From a virus (Duplodnaviria; Heunggongvirae; Uroviricota; Caudoviricetes): a DNA stretch of 64,000 bases. Where the stretch lies: IMG/VR virus record IMGVR_UViG_3300014043_000277; one strand, written 5' to 3'. Below, piece after piece: positions 37,475 through 47,500 of the stretch; position 1 is the first letter of the stretch, and every line of letters starts with the position of its first letter. Below the pieces are notes generated by a model, which worked only from the letters and a program-made list of their open reading frames with translations, made no database searches and was not told where the DNA came from. The position numbers were made by a program, and so were the translations under genes.

Positions 37475-38074
37475 TCACAGGAACATGAATTCATCATCGT
37501 CCACATCTGTGGACTTGTCATCAATGATATCATCATCCTGCTTCTCACCGGAATCAGTTTCATCCTTCTCCTGAACGGCGGTATCAGCGATGCCCTCATT
37601 GTTCACATTGGATTCATGTTTTGAATCCTGAACGACAACGCTGGGATCATCATCCGAACCTGTGAAATCAATATTTTCAACATCAATCGGCTCCGGTGCC
37701 TTACGAGCCTTGCTGCGTTTCGGTTTATCCGCCGCAGTGGATTCAGGTTTATCATCTTCATCAGATTCATCTTTTTCTTCTGATTCCAGTTTCGCTATGC
37801 GTTCTTTCAATGAGGCGATTTCCTTATCTTTCGCTTCCAATTCAGCGACGGATATGAATTCCTGCTCGTCATCAATGCTGACATTATTACAGGAATCGCC
37901 AAAACCGAGGCGCTCATCAGTTCCGGCCATTTCTGCGATGCGATTGAAATCATCAACGGCGTCATGTGCTTTCTTACGATAATCATCCAGTTTGTTTTTC
38001 GCATCTGAGCGCATGGATTCATATTGCTTGCGTATTTCCTCGAATTTTTTAAATGAGTCGATGATGTCAGTCAT
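37475..38074 (-). CDS. Acidic coiled-coil hypothetical protein
   Basis: 199 aa, heptad segments, acidic tail ending DDDEFMFL. Confidence 0.65.
   Translation of the reverse strand: MTDIIDSFKKFEEIRKQYESMRSDAKNKLDDYRKKAHDAVDDFNRIAEMAGTDERLGFGDSCNNVSIDDEQEFISVAELEAKDKEIASLKERIAKLESEEKDESDEDDKPESTAADKPKRSKARKAPEPIDVENIDFTGSDDDPSVVVQDSKHESNVNNEGIADTAVQEKDETDSGEKQDDDIIDDKSTDVDDDEFMFL
37499..37532 (-). promoter_or_regulatory. Putative dnaN promoter (-10 TGATATCAT) followed by the GTCCACA-N2-TGTGGAC palindrome
   Basis: caatgatatca at 37522-37532 and palindrome at 37499-37514, about 70-100 nt upstream of dnaN, inside the end of the upstream ORF. Confidence 0.45.
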
Positions 38075-38149
38075 TTCCGTTATTTGTCTCCGTTTCCTTG
38101 AAAAATGGTTTCCTTACATTTAATGTTATCAATTTCACTTGCATACCGG

Positions 38150-40489
38150 TCATTCCAATAAGGTGAGTTCAACTGTTTTCTTCGATCCTTCCGCAAATCG
38201 CGTTCCAGCAGGAACTGATTGAGCGACGACGGTTCCTGATGAATAATTCGCAATGTCATTACCTGAATTGATTTCATTGGTCTTCTTTTTCAGGATTTTA
38301 CTTTCAACACCCGCATTCTCCATTGTTTTCAATGCCGTTGATGCGTCCATTCCGGTTACATTCGGAACGATTTTCACGCCCTTGTTATTTTTCGGAACCT
38401 CGACCTTATTATCATCCTGGCTGTTCAAATCCAATTGGATGTTCGGTTGGCCTGCAAGATTAGTGCTGATTATATCCCTTACTGTCGTCATGGCGGAATG
38501 ATAATAACCATCCACTCCCATTCCGCGATACACATACCATGTAAGAGGATAAGCATAATTACCGCGTGGATCATACACGTTAGCGAACACTGAATACTGG
38601 CCGACAGTGGAAGTCCAACTGGAATTCGCAAGATCGTTCGTCGTTCCGGATTTGCCGACGGTCATGTGTCCATTGACAGCAGCCCCCTCACCGAACCTGC
38701 CGCTTATGCCGGTGTCATTCACATTCGCGTTCTGCGCTTTCAGGACAATGCTTGCCTGTTTCGGTGTCATGACAGCCTCACATCCTCCCGATGACGGATC
38801 ATAAGTGTCTGCGGCTGTGAACGGCGAACCATCAAGCATTGAATAATTCTTAATCGGCGTTGCGGGACAATACACTCCTTTATTCGCGAAAGTGGCATAT
38901 GCCGCTGCCATTTGAATCGGTGAATCCGATGCGACACCGAGAGTGAATGACGCGGAACGGTTACTGATGTTATCGGGAACTGTCAAACCCATCTTACGGG
39001 ACATATCCATCACCTTGTCGATGCCGACCTCGGTCGAAAGTTCGGCGTAATACGTGTTAGACGAATAGGCGGTCGCTTTCAAATAACCGATTCGACCTGC
39101 CTGGAAACTACACCCGTTCCCCGAAGAGTTTCTGATTCCTCCAGCTGGTGTGTCATAACCCGGTTTCGTCCATGGACAATAGCCATTCACCTGATTTAAT
39201 TGATTCTCAGTCCATCCGTTCGCGACTGCTGTCGCCAATGTAATCATTTTATATGTTGAACCGGTCTGAGTTCCCTTGTCCGCAAGAACAACCTGTGTCT
39301 GACCGGCAGAAGTATCAGTACCCCAGTCCCTGTTCGCTGCTATTGCAAGAACGGCTCCTCCCGGCGCGACGAAAGCCATTGGCATTGCGACACGATTGGT
39401 TACACCGAAATCGCTTTTAACCTGCGCTTCCGCCTGCCGCATGAGATTCGCATCCATGTTCGTGTATACAGCCATTCCGCCTTGTGCTACGCGCGCGGCG
39501 CGTTCCTCCGGCGTTGAACCGAACTGTTCATCTGATGACATATAATCAAGAACATACCGGCAGTAAAACGGGAATTCGGAATTACCGCATCCGCCCGCCT
39601 GTTCAGTAACATGAGTTTCAATTTTGGCATTCACTGCATCATCATGTTCCTTCTGATTTATGTATCCATTGGCAAGCATTCTATCCAGCACATAAGTCTG
39701 CCTGTCTTTAATCCAATTATAAGTTTGTTCATCGGAAATGTTTAGAAGATTATATTTGCCTGTATTGTTCACACTGCCTGCAAGCGCGGCTGATTCAGCA
39801 AGAGTCAAATCCTTAGCGCTTTTACCGAAAATTTCCTGAGCTGCGGTTTCAATGCCATACACGTTGCCTGAACCGATTGACACTGTATTCAAGTATTTCA
39901 ATAGGATGTCATCTTTTGAATGTTTCTTCTCATAATCAATTGCGAGTTTCATTTCACGCAATTTACGTGCGATTGTGGTTTCAGTCGCCTCCGCTTTAAC
40001 CGTCTTATCATCAGTCAACGAGAAATATTGCAGATTCTTGATTAACTGCTGTGTGATACCGGAACCTCCACCGGAACCAGTCAGGAATGAACGCATGGTT
40101 GCAATGATGTCAACGGCACCATGATTATAGAAATCCTTATCCTCAGCGGAAATAATGGCTGTACGCATATATTCGGAAACATCATCCAGTTTCGCGACAG
40201 GCTCACGGTTCTCCGACCATACTTCCGCGAACTGCTGACCATCCTTATCATACATTTTAATATGTTCCGCTATTGGAGTATTCGATAATTCCCCGGGGGA
40301 TTGCGTCCAATATGACACGATTGGTTGCAATGCCAGCATCATTACCGACAATAACGCAAACATGGATATGACGCCGACAATTATCATGCCAGCTGATGAG
40401 CATAGGAATCCAATCAGTCCTTTTAACCGCGTTTTCAATGATTTCATGTTAACCATGTTATCATCATTCTGAACAAGCAGGATTATCAC
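38150..40489 (-). CDS. Class A penicillin-binding protein (transglycosylase + transpeptidase + PASTA)
   Basis: TG: SAEDKDFY, GSGITQQLIKN, RKLRE, KDDILLKYLN. TP: STYK (SxxK), SSN (SxN), KSG. C-terminal VPNVTGM PASTA. Start may be 40456. Confidence 0.92.
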   Translation of the reverse strand: MIILLVQNDDNMVNMKSLKTRLKGLIGFLCSSAGMIIVGVISMFALLSVMMLALQPIVSYWTQSPGELSNTPIAEHIKMYDKDGQQFAEVWSENREPVAKLDDVSEYMRTAIISAEDKDFYNHGAVDIIATMRSFLTGSGGGSGITQQLIKNLQYFSLTDDKTVKAEATETTIARKLREMKLAIDYEKKHSKDDILLKYLNTVSIGSGNVYGIETAAQEIFGKSAKDLTLAESAALAGSVNNTGKYNLLNISDEQTYNWIKDRQTYVLDRMLANGYINQKEHDDAVNAKIETHVTEQAGGCGNSEFPFYCRYVLDYMSSDEQFGSTPEERAARVAQGGMAVYTNMDANLMRQAEAQVKSDFGVTNRVAMPMAFVAPGGAVLAIAANRDWGTDTSAGQTQVVLADKGTQTGSTYKMITLATAVANGWTENQLNQVNGYCPWTKPGYDTPAGGIRNSSGNGCSFQAGRIGYLKATAYSSNTYYAELSTEVGIDKVMDMSRKMGLTVPDNISNRSASFTLGVASDSPIQMAAAYATFANKGVYCPATPIKNYSMLDGSPFTAADTYDPSSGGCEAVMTPKQASIVLKAQNANVNDTGISGRFGEGAAVNGHMTVGKSGTTNDLANSSWTSTVGQYSVFANVYDPRGNYAYPLTWYVYRGMGVDGYYHSAMTTVRDIISTNLAGQPNIQLDLNSQDDNKVEVPKNNKGVKIVPNVTGMDASTALKTMENAGVESKILKKKTNEINSGNDIANYSSGTVVAQSVPAGTRFAEGSKKTVELTLLE

Positions 40490-40513
40490 GTGAACATAAA
40501 ATGAAAAACGCTC

Positions 40514-40636
40514 ATTTCAATTCTGATGGAAATTTTATGCGTTTTGTGAGCCACCCATCGAAAACAGGGTTTTCAGCGCTTACGATTAAAACAGCCGTCC
40601 ACAGAGCACAATATTTTCAGCCCTGTGGACGGCATC
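40514..40636. repeat. 123-bp dispersed repeat, copy B
   Basis: Same orientation and length as 13243-13365; conserved blocks gttttgtgag, tcgaaaac, ccgtccacagagc, aatatt, ctgtggacggcatc. Confidence 0.85.
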
Positions 40637-40722
40637 GATTTACACTGATTTTAATATTGTTGAAAAACATGAATAATCATGCTGTTTTTGTCATGCATTC
40701 GATTATTGCACTAAGATATGAA

Positions 40723-40750
40723 AAATCCGAATGGCGAACCATCCGGATTT
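40723..40750 (-). terminator. Terminator hairpin with UUCG loop
   Basis: Minus strand aaatccggatgg-ttcg-ccattcggattt followed by Ts. Confidence 0.65.
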
Positions 40751-40770
40751 GGAATTATTCGATAATATGA

Positions 40771-41871
40771 TTAATCATCAAATGACAAGTCAATGTCATC
40801 ATCCGCCATCATGTTCCCAGTGAGATCATCAAACGGCGCGGCACCATCGAAAATGTCAATACTGTCATCCGCAGCGCTGGGAAGAGGTTTCGCTTTCAAT
40901 CGTTCAGCTGAACGAGGTGAAAGTTTCGGGCTTTCACGTTTCAATGATGCTTTCGGCATTGATTTCCTTGCGGGATGAGCAGGCACATCCGTTTTTGTTT
41001 CACCGAAATTAGATGCCCGCAGTTTCTTAGGTTTCGGACGTTCCTCCGGTTCATTATCAAAAGCGCTCATGCTTTCAGCGAAGCCAGTGTTACCCATTTC
41101 TGATTCAAAATCCTTCTTAGTCTGCAAATCGGCAATCTGTTGGCGCAATTGCTTATTATTATATTGCTCCATTGCAAGCTGATCCTGAACCTCATCATAT
41201 CGTTTCTGCAATTCCTTGATTTTATCGGATGCCTCCGTTGAACTCGACTGTTGTTTCAGTTCCTCGTTTTCCGCTTTCAGTTTACGTATTTTCAAGTTTG
41301 CATTCATGAGTTCATTATTGCTATCACCACCTGCGATAATGTTCAAACCGGATGATTTCTGGATTTCCGCCTCTAATTCCTTATCATGGATTTCATCCTG
41401 TAATTTAGTGCAATGATCCGCAAGTTTAGCGACATCCGCATTTCGTTTATTCAACAAGTCAATGTAATAATCAATGCTTTCAGATGTCGCATCATAGAAT
41501 GATGCAACCTCATCGCGGGCGAAACCATCCGGTTCACTTGCGAATTTGACTTTTGCAAGATCACCCGGCAGAAGAATCCTGTCAGGAACCTGATATGACG
41601 CGGGAATGCCGAGAATGTTCAGCACATCCTCCTGAACTGAAAGGCTTCCTGTGCTCACTGGACCCAAATCAACGCCATCAACCCATAAATGACCGTTGAT
41701 TATTTCCTGATGCTCATCATTCTGATCCTGCGCAGGCTGTTGTGACGCCGGTGTTTCACGTCCTATCGCCGGAACACCTGGAACAGTTTGCCGTTTTTCC
41801 AAATCATCGCCCTTGTTCCTACCGGGAATGATTGAATCTATTTTCTCATTAATCTTATCGAATAATCCCAT
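40771..41871 (-). CDS. DivIVA-domain coiled-coil protein
   Basis: VKFASEPDGFARDEVASFYD resembles the DivIVA F-x5-GY-x3-EVD-x-FLD signature, followed by a long coiled coil. Confidence 0.65.
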   Translation of the reverse strand: MGLFDKINEKIDSIIPGRNKGDDLEKRQTVPGVPAIGRETPASQQPAQDQNDEHQEIINGHLWVDGVDLGPVSTGSLSVQEDVLNILGIPASYQVPDRILLPGDLAKVKFASEPDGFARDEVASFYDATSESIDYYIDLLNKRNADVAKLADHCTKLQDEIHDKELEAEIQKSSGLNIIAGGDSNNELMNANLKIRKLKAENEELKQQSSSTEASDKIKELQKRYDEVQDQLAMEQYNNKQLRQQIADLQTKKDFESEMGNTGFAESMSAFDNEPEERPKPKKLRASNFGETKTDVPAHPARKSMPKASLKRESPKLSPRSAERLKAKPLPSAADDSIDIFDGAAPFDDLTGNMMADDDIDLSFDD

Positions 41872-41911
41872 GATAACGTAATATCATTCTTTCTATGATA
41901 GCAAAATCATA

Positions 41912-44521
41912 TTAAATTTGGAAACCTGGAAGCTGACCGCCTTTCGCGAGTTCATAGCATTCATTGCATAATGCCTGTCCATTCAGCAGGTATTGGAATT
42001 CCTTCCCGCCCTGCTGACCGGCTTTCTGCAAAACACGGTTGCAGTTGGAACAATACACTGTTCTTCTTGCAGCGCGACCAGCCTTGCGATCCTTCTCATC
42101 ACGTGCTTGCAGATAACTGTATCCGAAATTACCCCCCGTGTACATCTTATTATCAATGACTTGACTCATGCCACGCAATGCGCCACGAGTGAATCCACTG
42201 TGTCCACGCTGGAATTTCGCTGGTTTATCACCTTTCGCAGCTGTTCTCAGAGCACCGTCTTTCGTGCCGATTCCATTTTTCATTCCGGAAATACCGCCGA
42301 CAAAACCAGCATAACCCAGATCTTTCGCGGTTGCGGCCATGTTCGCGACTTTTCCGACACCTGCTTGCATTCCTGTCTGCAAATCAACTGCGCCATTAAT
42401 GTTAACCTGACCGAGAATTTTAACGATTGTATTCCGATTCTTATAGAACGCATAGGATGCAATGCATACAAGAAGCATGCTCTTGAACCATCCTGCGAGA
42501 TCATTCATCCCGGATGTTATTTTAATCATGAAAACCATCATGAGCATGAATACGAAACCGAGAACGATTCGTTTCAGGACAACGCTACATACAAGCTGGA
42601 ACCAGCCTTTCAACACGCTTTGCCCTTTACCGCCAGCCCACATGCCGAAAGTCAATGCGACCGGCGCGAAAGCCATGAGAAGAACTGATCCTATTGCATA
42701 AGCAACCACACTGAAACCGATTGCAACAGGTCCTATCATTCCGGCGATTGCGAACACGAATGAAAGCAATGCTATCAGGATACGAGTCATGTTATTGCCT
42801 CCTATCCATACTGTCCAATATTTCGTTGGAACGAGTTTGACATCAGTTTGCATAACGGCATTATCCTGGCTTTTATTCTCATCAGGATTATTAGTGTCTT
42901 TATTAGCGACTTTTTTTGATTTGTAATTGGCAAGCGCGTCAACAACACGCCACCAATCAGTGTTCGCGCCGTCAACAATCACAAGTTGACTTTGATACTG
43001 CTCAGGCTCAGTGTATGCCTTATCCGGTTTTTTCATTTTCTCCGTTTCAGGATCTAATGTCGTGGAACTGATATGATAACTGGTTTGCGTTGAAATCTGA
43101 TAAATAAGCCAATTATTCATAATGGTTTTATTGCCCATTGGAACAGATGCTTTGCCAGCATAATCAGCCTGCCATTTCCATCCATTATCACCGTCTTGCG
43201 GCGCACCATCAGGAATCGCATTATCCAATGTTTGTGTTCCATCGCCATTTGATTTGCCGGAAGCATACAGGTTAGTGTAATCAGTTCCATACTGACCGAG
43301 TGAATATGGAACCAATGTGAATATGCGCCAGTATTCACATTCAACTGAACGGCGAATGGCATCGCTGGATTCCTCAAATTCCTTTGCTATTGATTTCGTG
43401 TCATCATCCATGTTTCCAGTTGGATTCACATAATCAGCTTTAATATTCTTAGTGGTGTTATCCTCATCAGTTGAACATAAGGCATTCTTACCTGTTTCCG
43501 CTGTTGTTATCCCCTGCAATAATAGGTTCTGCCCGAACATTCCAATGTAATTCGGCAATGACACGAATAATGTCGGATTAACCATCATGACTATTCCTGC
43601 GAACATGCATGCAAGCGATTGCACAAGTCCGCCGTATGCTTCACGATACTGTCCTTTAATGAGTCCTTTCACCGCCATCCATACAGCGGTTATTACCATC
43701 ATCATTCCCATTAAATTCATGAAAATATTATTGAACAGTGTTTTGTAAACACCTGAATCCCCTCCGACATAATTAATAACGCCGAATTTCGATGCAACGT
43801 CGGATAATGTCAATTCCAATAGCATGTTCCCGAGCGCAACCATGATTTTCGTCAATGAGAACAGCAGATTCGCGATGATTAGATTCCAGTTGTTCGAGAA
43901 CAGCATGACATTGGCACGCTGACGGACGCGCGGATCAAGTGAACTGTTCCTTGCTGAGAAAGTATCCATTGGACGGTCACGATCCTTATAATAATCATTC
44001 AAATGACCATCCTCCGGATCTTTCGCATCTCCGGTTCCCTTCCCGTTCGCGCGGCAATAATAAATTTTCCACCAGTTCCATTCACCATTATAATCAGTGA
44101 ATTGCATTCCTGAGAATCCGAAACGGTCATAAGGCGTGTATTTCTTCTCAGTTTCATTCGCATTATTCAATATATCCAATTGAACTGATTTGAAATCTTT
44201 TGTCGTTATGAAATTAGTGAAAGTATTCGCGACATTCTGGAAATCAGCCGCCGCCTGCGATTTATATAATATTTGACGTTGGAAATCCTCTGTTTGAGCA
44301 GCTTCGAACAGCAGTTTTATCGCTGGAACATCATCATCTTTCGGATCTTTATCCCATGAGCACATGAGATATTCTATCATGTTCGCATCGGCTTTTCCCG
44401 ATGACGCTCCGATTCCGACAATACAAGCTGACAGAATGCTCATGATTGCAAAAATCATCGCAAGGACACGGCATGACGCATGATGAGTCCATGTTACCAT
44501 TGAATGCGTGTATTCAGTCAT
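41912..44521 (-). CDS. VirB6/TrbL-like polytopic conjugation protein (paralog 1) with C-terminal Cys4 ribbon
   Basis: N-terminal signal/TM, TM clusters, SVECEYWRIFTLVPYSLGQYG, terminal CSNC...CNEC. Confidence 0.7.
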   Translation of the reverse strand: MTEYTHSMVTWTHHASCRVLAMIFAIMSILSACIVGIGASSGKADANMIEYLMCSWDKDPKDDDVPAIKLLFEAAQTEDFQRQILYKSQAAADFQNVANTFTNFITTKDFKSVQLDILNNANETEKKYTPYDRFGFSGMQFTDYNGEWNWWKIYYCRANGKGTGDAKDPEDGHLNDYYKDRDRPMDTFSARNSSLDPRVRQRANVMLFSNNWNLIIANLLFSLTKIMVALGNMLLELTLSDVASKFGVINYVGGDSGVYKTLFNNIFMNLMGMMMVITAVWMAVKGLIKGQYREAYGGLVQSLACMFAGIVMMVNPTLFVSLPNYIGMFGQNLLLQGITTAETGKNALCSTDEDNTTKNIKADYVNPTGNMDDDTKSIAKEFEESSDAIRRSVECEYWRIFTLVPYSLGQYGTDYTNLYASGKSNGDGTQTLDNAIPDGAPQDGDNGWKWQADYAGKASVPMGNKTIMNNWLIYQISTQTSYHISSTTLDPETEKMKKPDKAYTEPEQYQSQLVIVDGANTDWWRVVDALANYKSKKVANKDTNNPDENKSQDNAVMQTDVKLVPTKYWTVWIGGNNMTRILIALLSFVFAIAGMIGPVAIGFSVVAYAIGSVLLMAFAPVALTFGMWAGGKGQSVLKGWFQLVCSVVLKRIVLGFVFMLMMVFMIKITSGMNDLAGWFKSMLLVCIASYAFYKNRNTIVKILGQVNINGAVDLQTGMQAGVGKVANMAATAKDLGYAGFVGGISGMKNGIGTKDGALRTAAKGDKPAKFQRGHSGFTRGALRGMSQVIDNKMYTGGNFGYSYLQARDEKDRKAGRAARRTVYCSNCNRVLQKAGQQGGKEFQYLLNGQALCNECYELAKGGQLPGFQI

Positions 44522-47500
44522 CAGTCATCCTTCCTTTTCCTGGTTGCCTTGTTCTTTCTTCTTTCCGCTGCTTTCTCATGTTCGCGAGTATTATAATCCT
44601 TTTTGAAATCCATGCTCGGCTCGGCTGGTGCGGATGTTTCATGGAATTTCGGCAGATTACTTGATTCGGAACCGAATTCAGATGGTTGGACATGATGAGC
44701 TGACCTATCAGCATTACCGATTATAGTGCTGTCTTTCACTGATGCTGAATCATAACCGATTCTCCTGCGTGTTTCATTATCCACTTGTGATTGTATTTTA
44801 TCACCGTCTTTCTGGTTCTGACGCAGAATATCACTTAATGAACCATGATTCTTATTATCGGATTTGCCGCTGTATTTACTGCTGGATTGCAGCAAACGGT
44901 TATTTCGAGCACTCTGCTTCGCTTTTCCTTTATCATCGCGAATATATTCATCGTCATTGGCATCACGACGAATGGCGAACCGGGATGATTGCACTCCACA
45001 TGACGCAGCCATTTCAATAAGATCATTCGCGTTCTGCTGCGCAGCTGCAAGCAATTCCTTATTATCCTTTTCGAAATCAGCGATTACTTGGGCCTGATCA
45101 GCTTTTGAATGACCTTTAGCAACTGCTTCAACATGTAATGTTCCATCATTATCAATGTAAATACCGCGAATCCTGTCGCTGAATTCAGTGTCTTTCATGG
45201 CTTCATCGAGTTTATCAAGATTCATTGCAAGTTTAGCATCAGCTATCAATGTTGCTTGTTGCAGGACACGGTTTTCACTGGCACCGCCAACAAGACTGCT
45301 TACATTGCGTTCATAATCAGCACGAGCCTGCGCCTTGCGTTTCGCCTGCTCATCTTTTGAAATCATTGCATTAGCATTAATATTCTGGATTTCACTATCA
45401 TACTTACGTTTGAACGCATCTTTCATTGCCTGATAGTTTCCGGCATGAGCGGCATCAATGCTGTCATCATTGAACGGATTATTCAGAATGTCATCGCTGA
45501 TGGATGCAATGGTTGCACGGTCAGCGCTGTTATTGAAATGAGCGTTAAGTTCATCACGCAATTGTTGCAATGCCGCCGCATCAGCAGGAATGTATTTCGC
45601 CGCAATCTTATTGACAGCATCGAGCTTATGATATGCGACATCCTGATTCGCGAAATGCTCACGTAAACGAGTGCCAGCATGCAGTTCCTCATTTGATGGA
45701 TTAGCTATCGTGCCTTGTGCAGCAGCCTGCCGTTCCTCTTCATTATTGAACACTATCTGCTGAGGCGTCGTCAGATGAACATTAGCAGTGAACGCAGCGG
45801 TGCCAGCATCAGCATCTTTCACGCCATTCAATGCGGTTTCACGGAATTTACGTTGCAGCTCATCAGGAAGCATAAGTACAGGACGTCCATCCGGTCCAAT
45901 CCTGTAAGTGGCTCCGAGCTGTTCCATTTGCTCCTGTGTCATGTGGACATTATCAGCATCGGAAATATTCAGCATATCATTGATTTCACGTAAATCCACG
46001 CCTTTCATGAGTTTAGCGGCATCCTCATAGTTATTACCGAGCAATGAACGTGCGATATCAGGATTATTAACCATGATGTTATCATAAGCATGTTGAATCA
46101 TCGCGGCTTTCTCATCCTTGCCTGTCTGTATCACCTGCCCAGTCAGGAAATTATTACCTGCTTTACGGTTCTGCTGTTCAATTTCCATTCGGGCACGTCC
46201 CAGTGTATTCTTAATCTGCTGTGTGCCTTCATTATGAGCACGATAAGCAGGATCATTAAGAATGCTTGCGCGGACATTGAAATCAGTATCGAATTTCTCG
46301 CCCTGATTCTTTATCGCATCAATATTAGCCCGGTAATTCTTCTGAACGTCCGCTTCCTGTTCATTCAATTCCTGCTGAGCTTTCTGATATGCATTGCCTG
46401 AAATGGAACCATGATTATATGAATCCATTATCTGCTTGCGTTTCTTGTTAATGTCAGAAAGTTCCTTATCACGGATTTCAGCTGCTTTATCACGCTGAGC
46501 GGAATCCCAGCGATTGAATACACTGCGCGCATCATTGCGTTCAAAACCGCCAGCGATGACACTTCCGACGAGTGAACCTGCGCCTTGTGTCAGTCCACGC
46601 TGCATGCCGCGTAATGTTATCATGGCGCGGCTGTTATTCAATTGGTTCTTAATCCTGTCATCCATGTCATTGAACGCTCCTGTCTGTTCATCAATCGGGG
46701 CAGTGAACATTTTAATGATTTCCTTGCCATACATTGCAAACAGAATGCTGAGGCAAGCCATCACTATCATGTTCGCGACGGCATCATCAGTGTTAGTCGC
46801 CGCCACTTGAATGAGAATGATGATTTGGACTGAAAGCAATGAAATCAGTATAATGCGTTTGAACGCCAGACCGAGAATCTTGAATGCCCATGAGCGCATT
46901 TTAATACGACCGGCACCGGGAATGATTCCAATGAGAAGCATGACTGGTGCCATTGCAAGCAATAAAGCCATCATGAAAGTCGCTTCTATTTTCGCGAGCG
47001 CGAACATTCCGATTGACATTATGCCTCCGAGTGATGATAATAATGCAAGCAAACCGACTCCGAACCGGTTACCGCCGCCAATCCACCAATTCCAATGGGA
47101 CGTATCCTTACCTGTTGCATTATCCGGGCCAGCCTGCAAGTCAACGAGGCGATACATATCGGAATCAGTTGCAAGCATTGTCTGCGTGGAATCATCAGTT
47201 GTTGACGTTCCGGAAATCTGCTGTGAAAGCTGATACAGCGCCCAGTTGTTAATTGTTGTTCCACCTCCCATGTCAACGGCGGCATTGCCGACAAGTGTAT
47301 TAGTGGCATCATCTGCATCCATGGTGCCATATGATGTCTTACCATCATATGGCGCGTAACCTTCCGCGTAAAGTTTCGTCGTGCTCACACCGAACTGTCC
47401 GAGGGACCATGGTTCAAGGACATAAGCATCCCATATGTTGCATTCAACTGAACGCACAATTGAATTCGGATCGAACTTCTGGCTTCCATCAGGTGATTCA

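Noticed and set aside
40755-40795. dif/Xer-like site near repeat copy B
   Set aside because: Only a few matching bases, and the right half is the coding end of the DivIVA-like gene.
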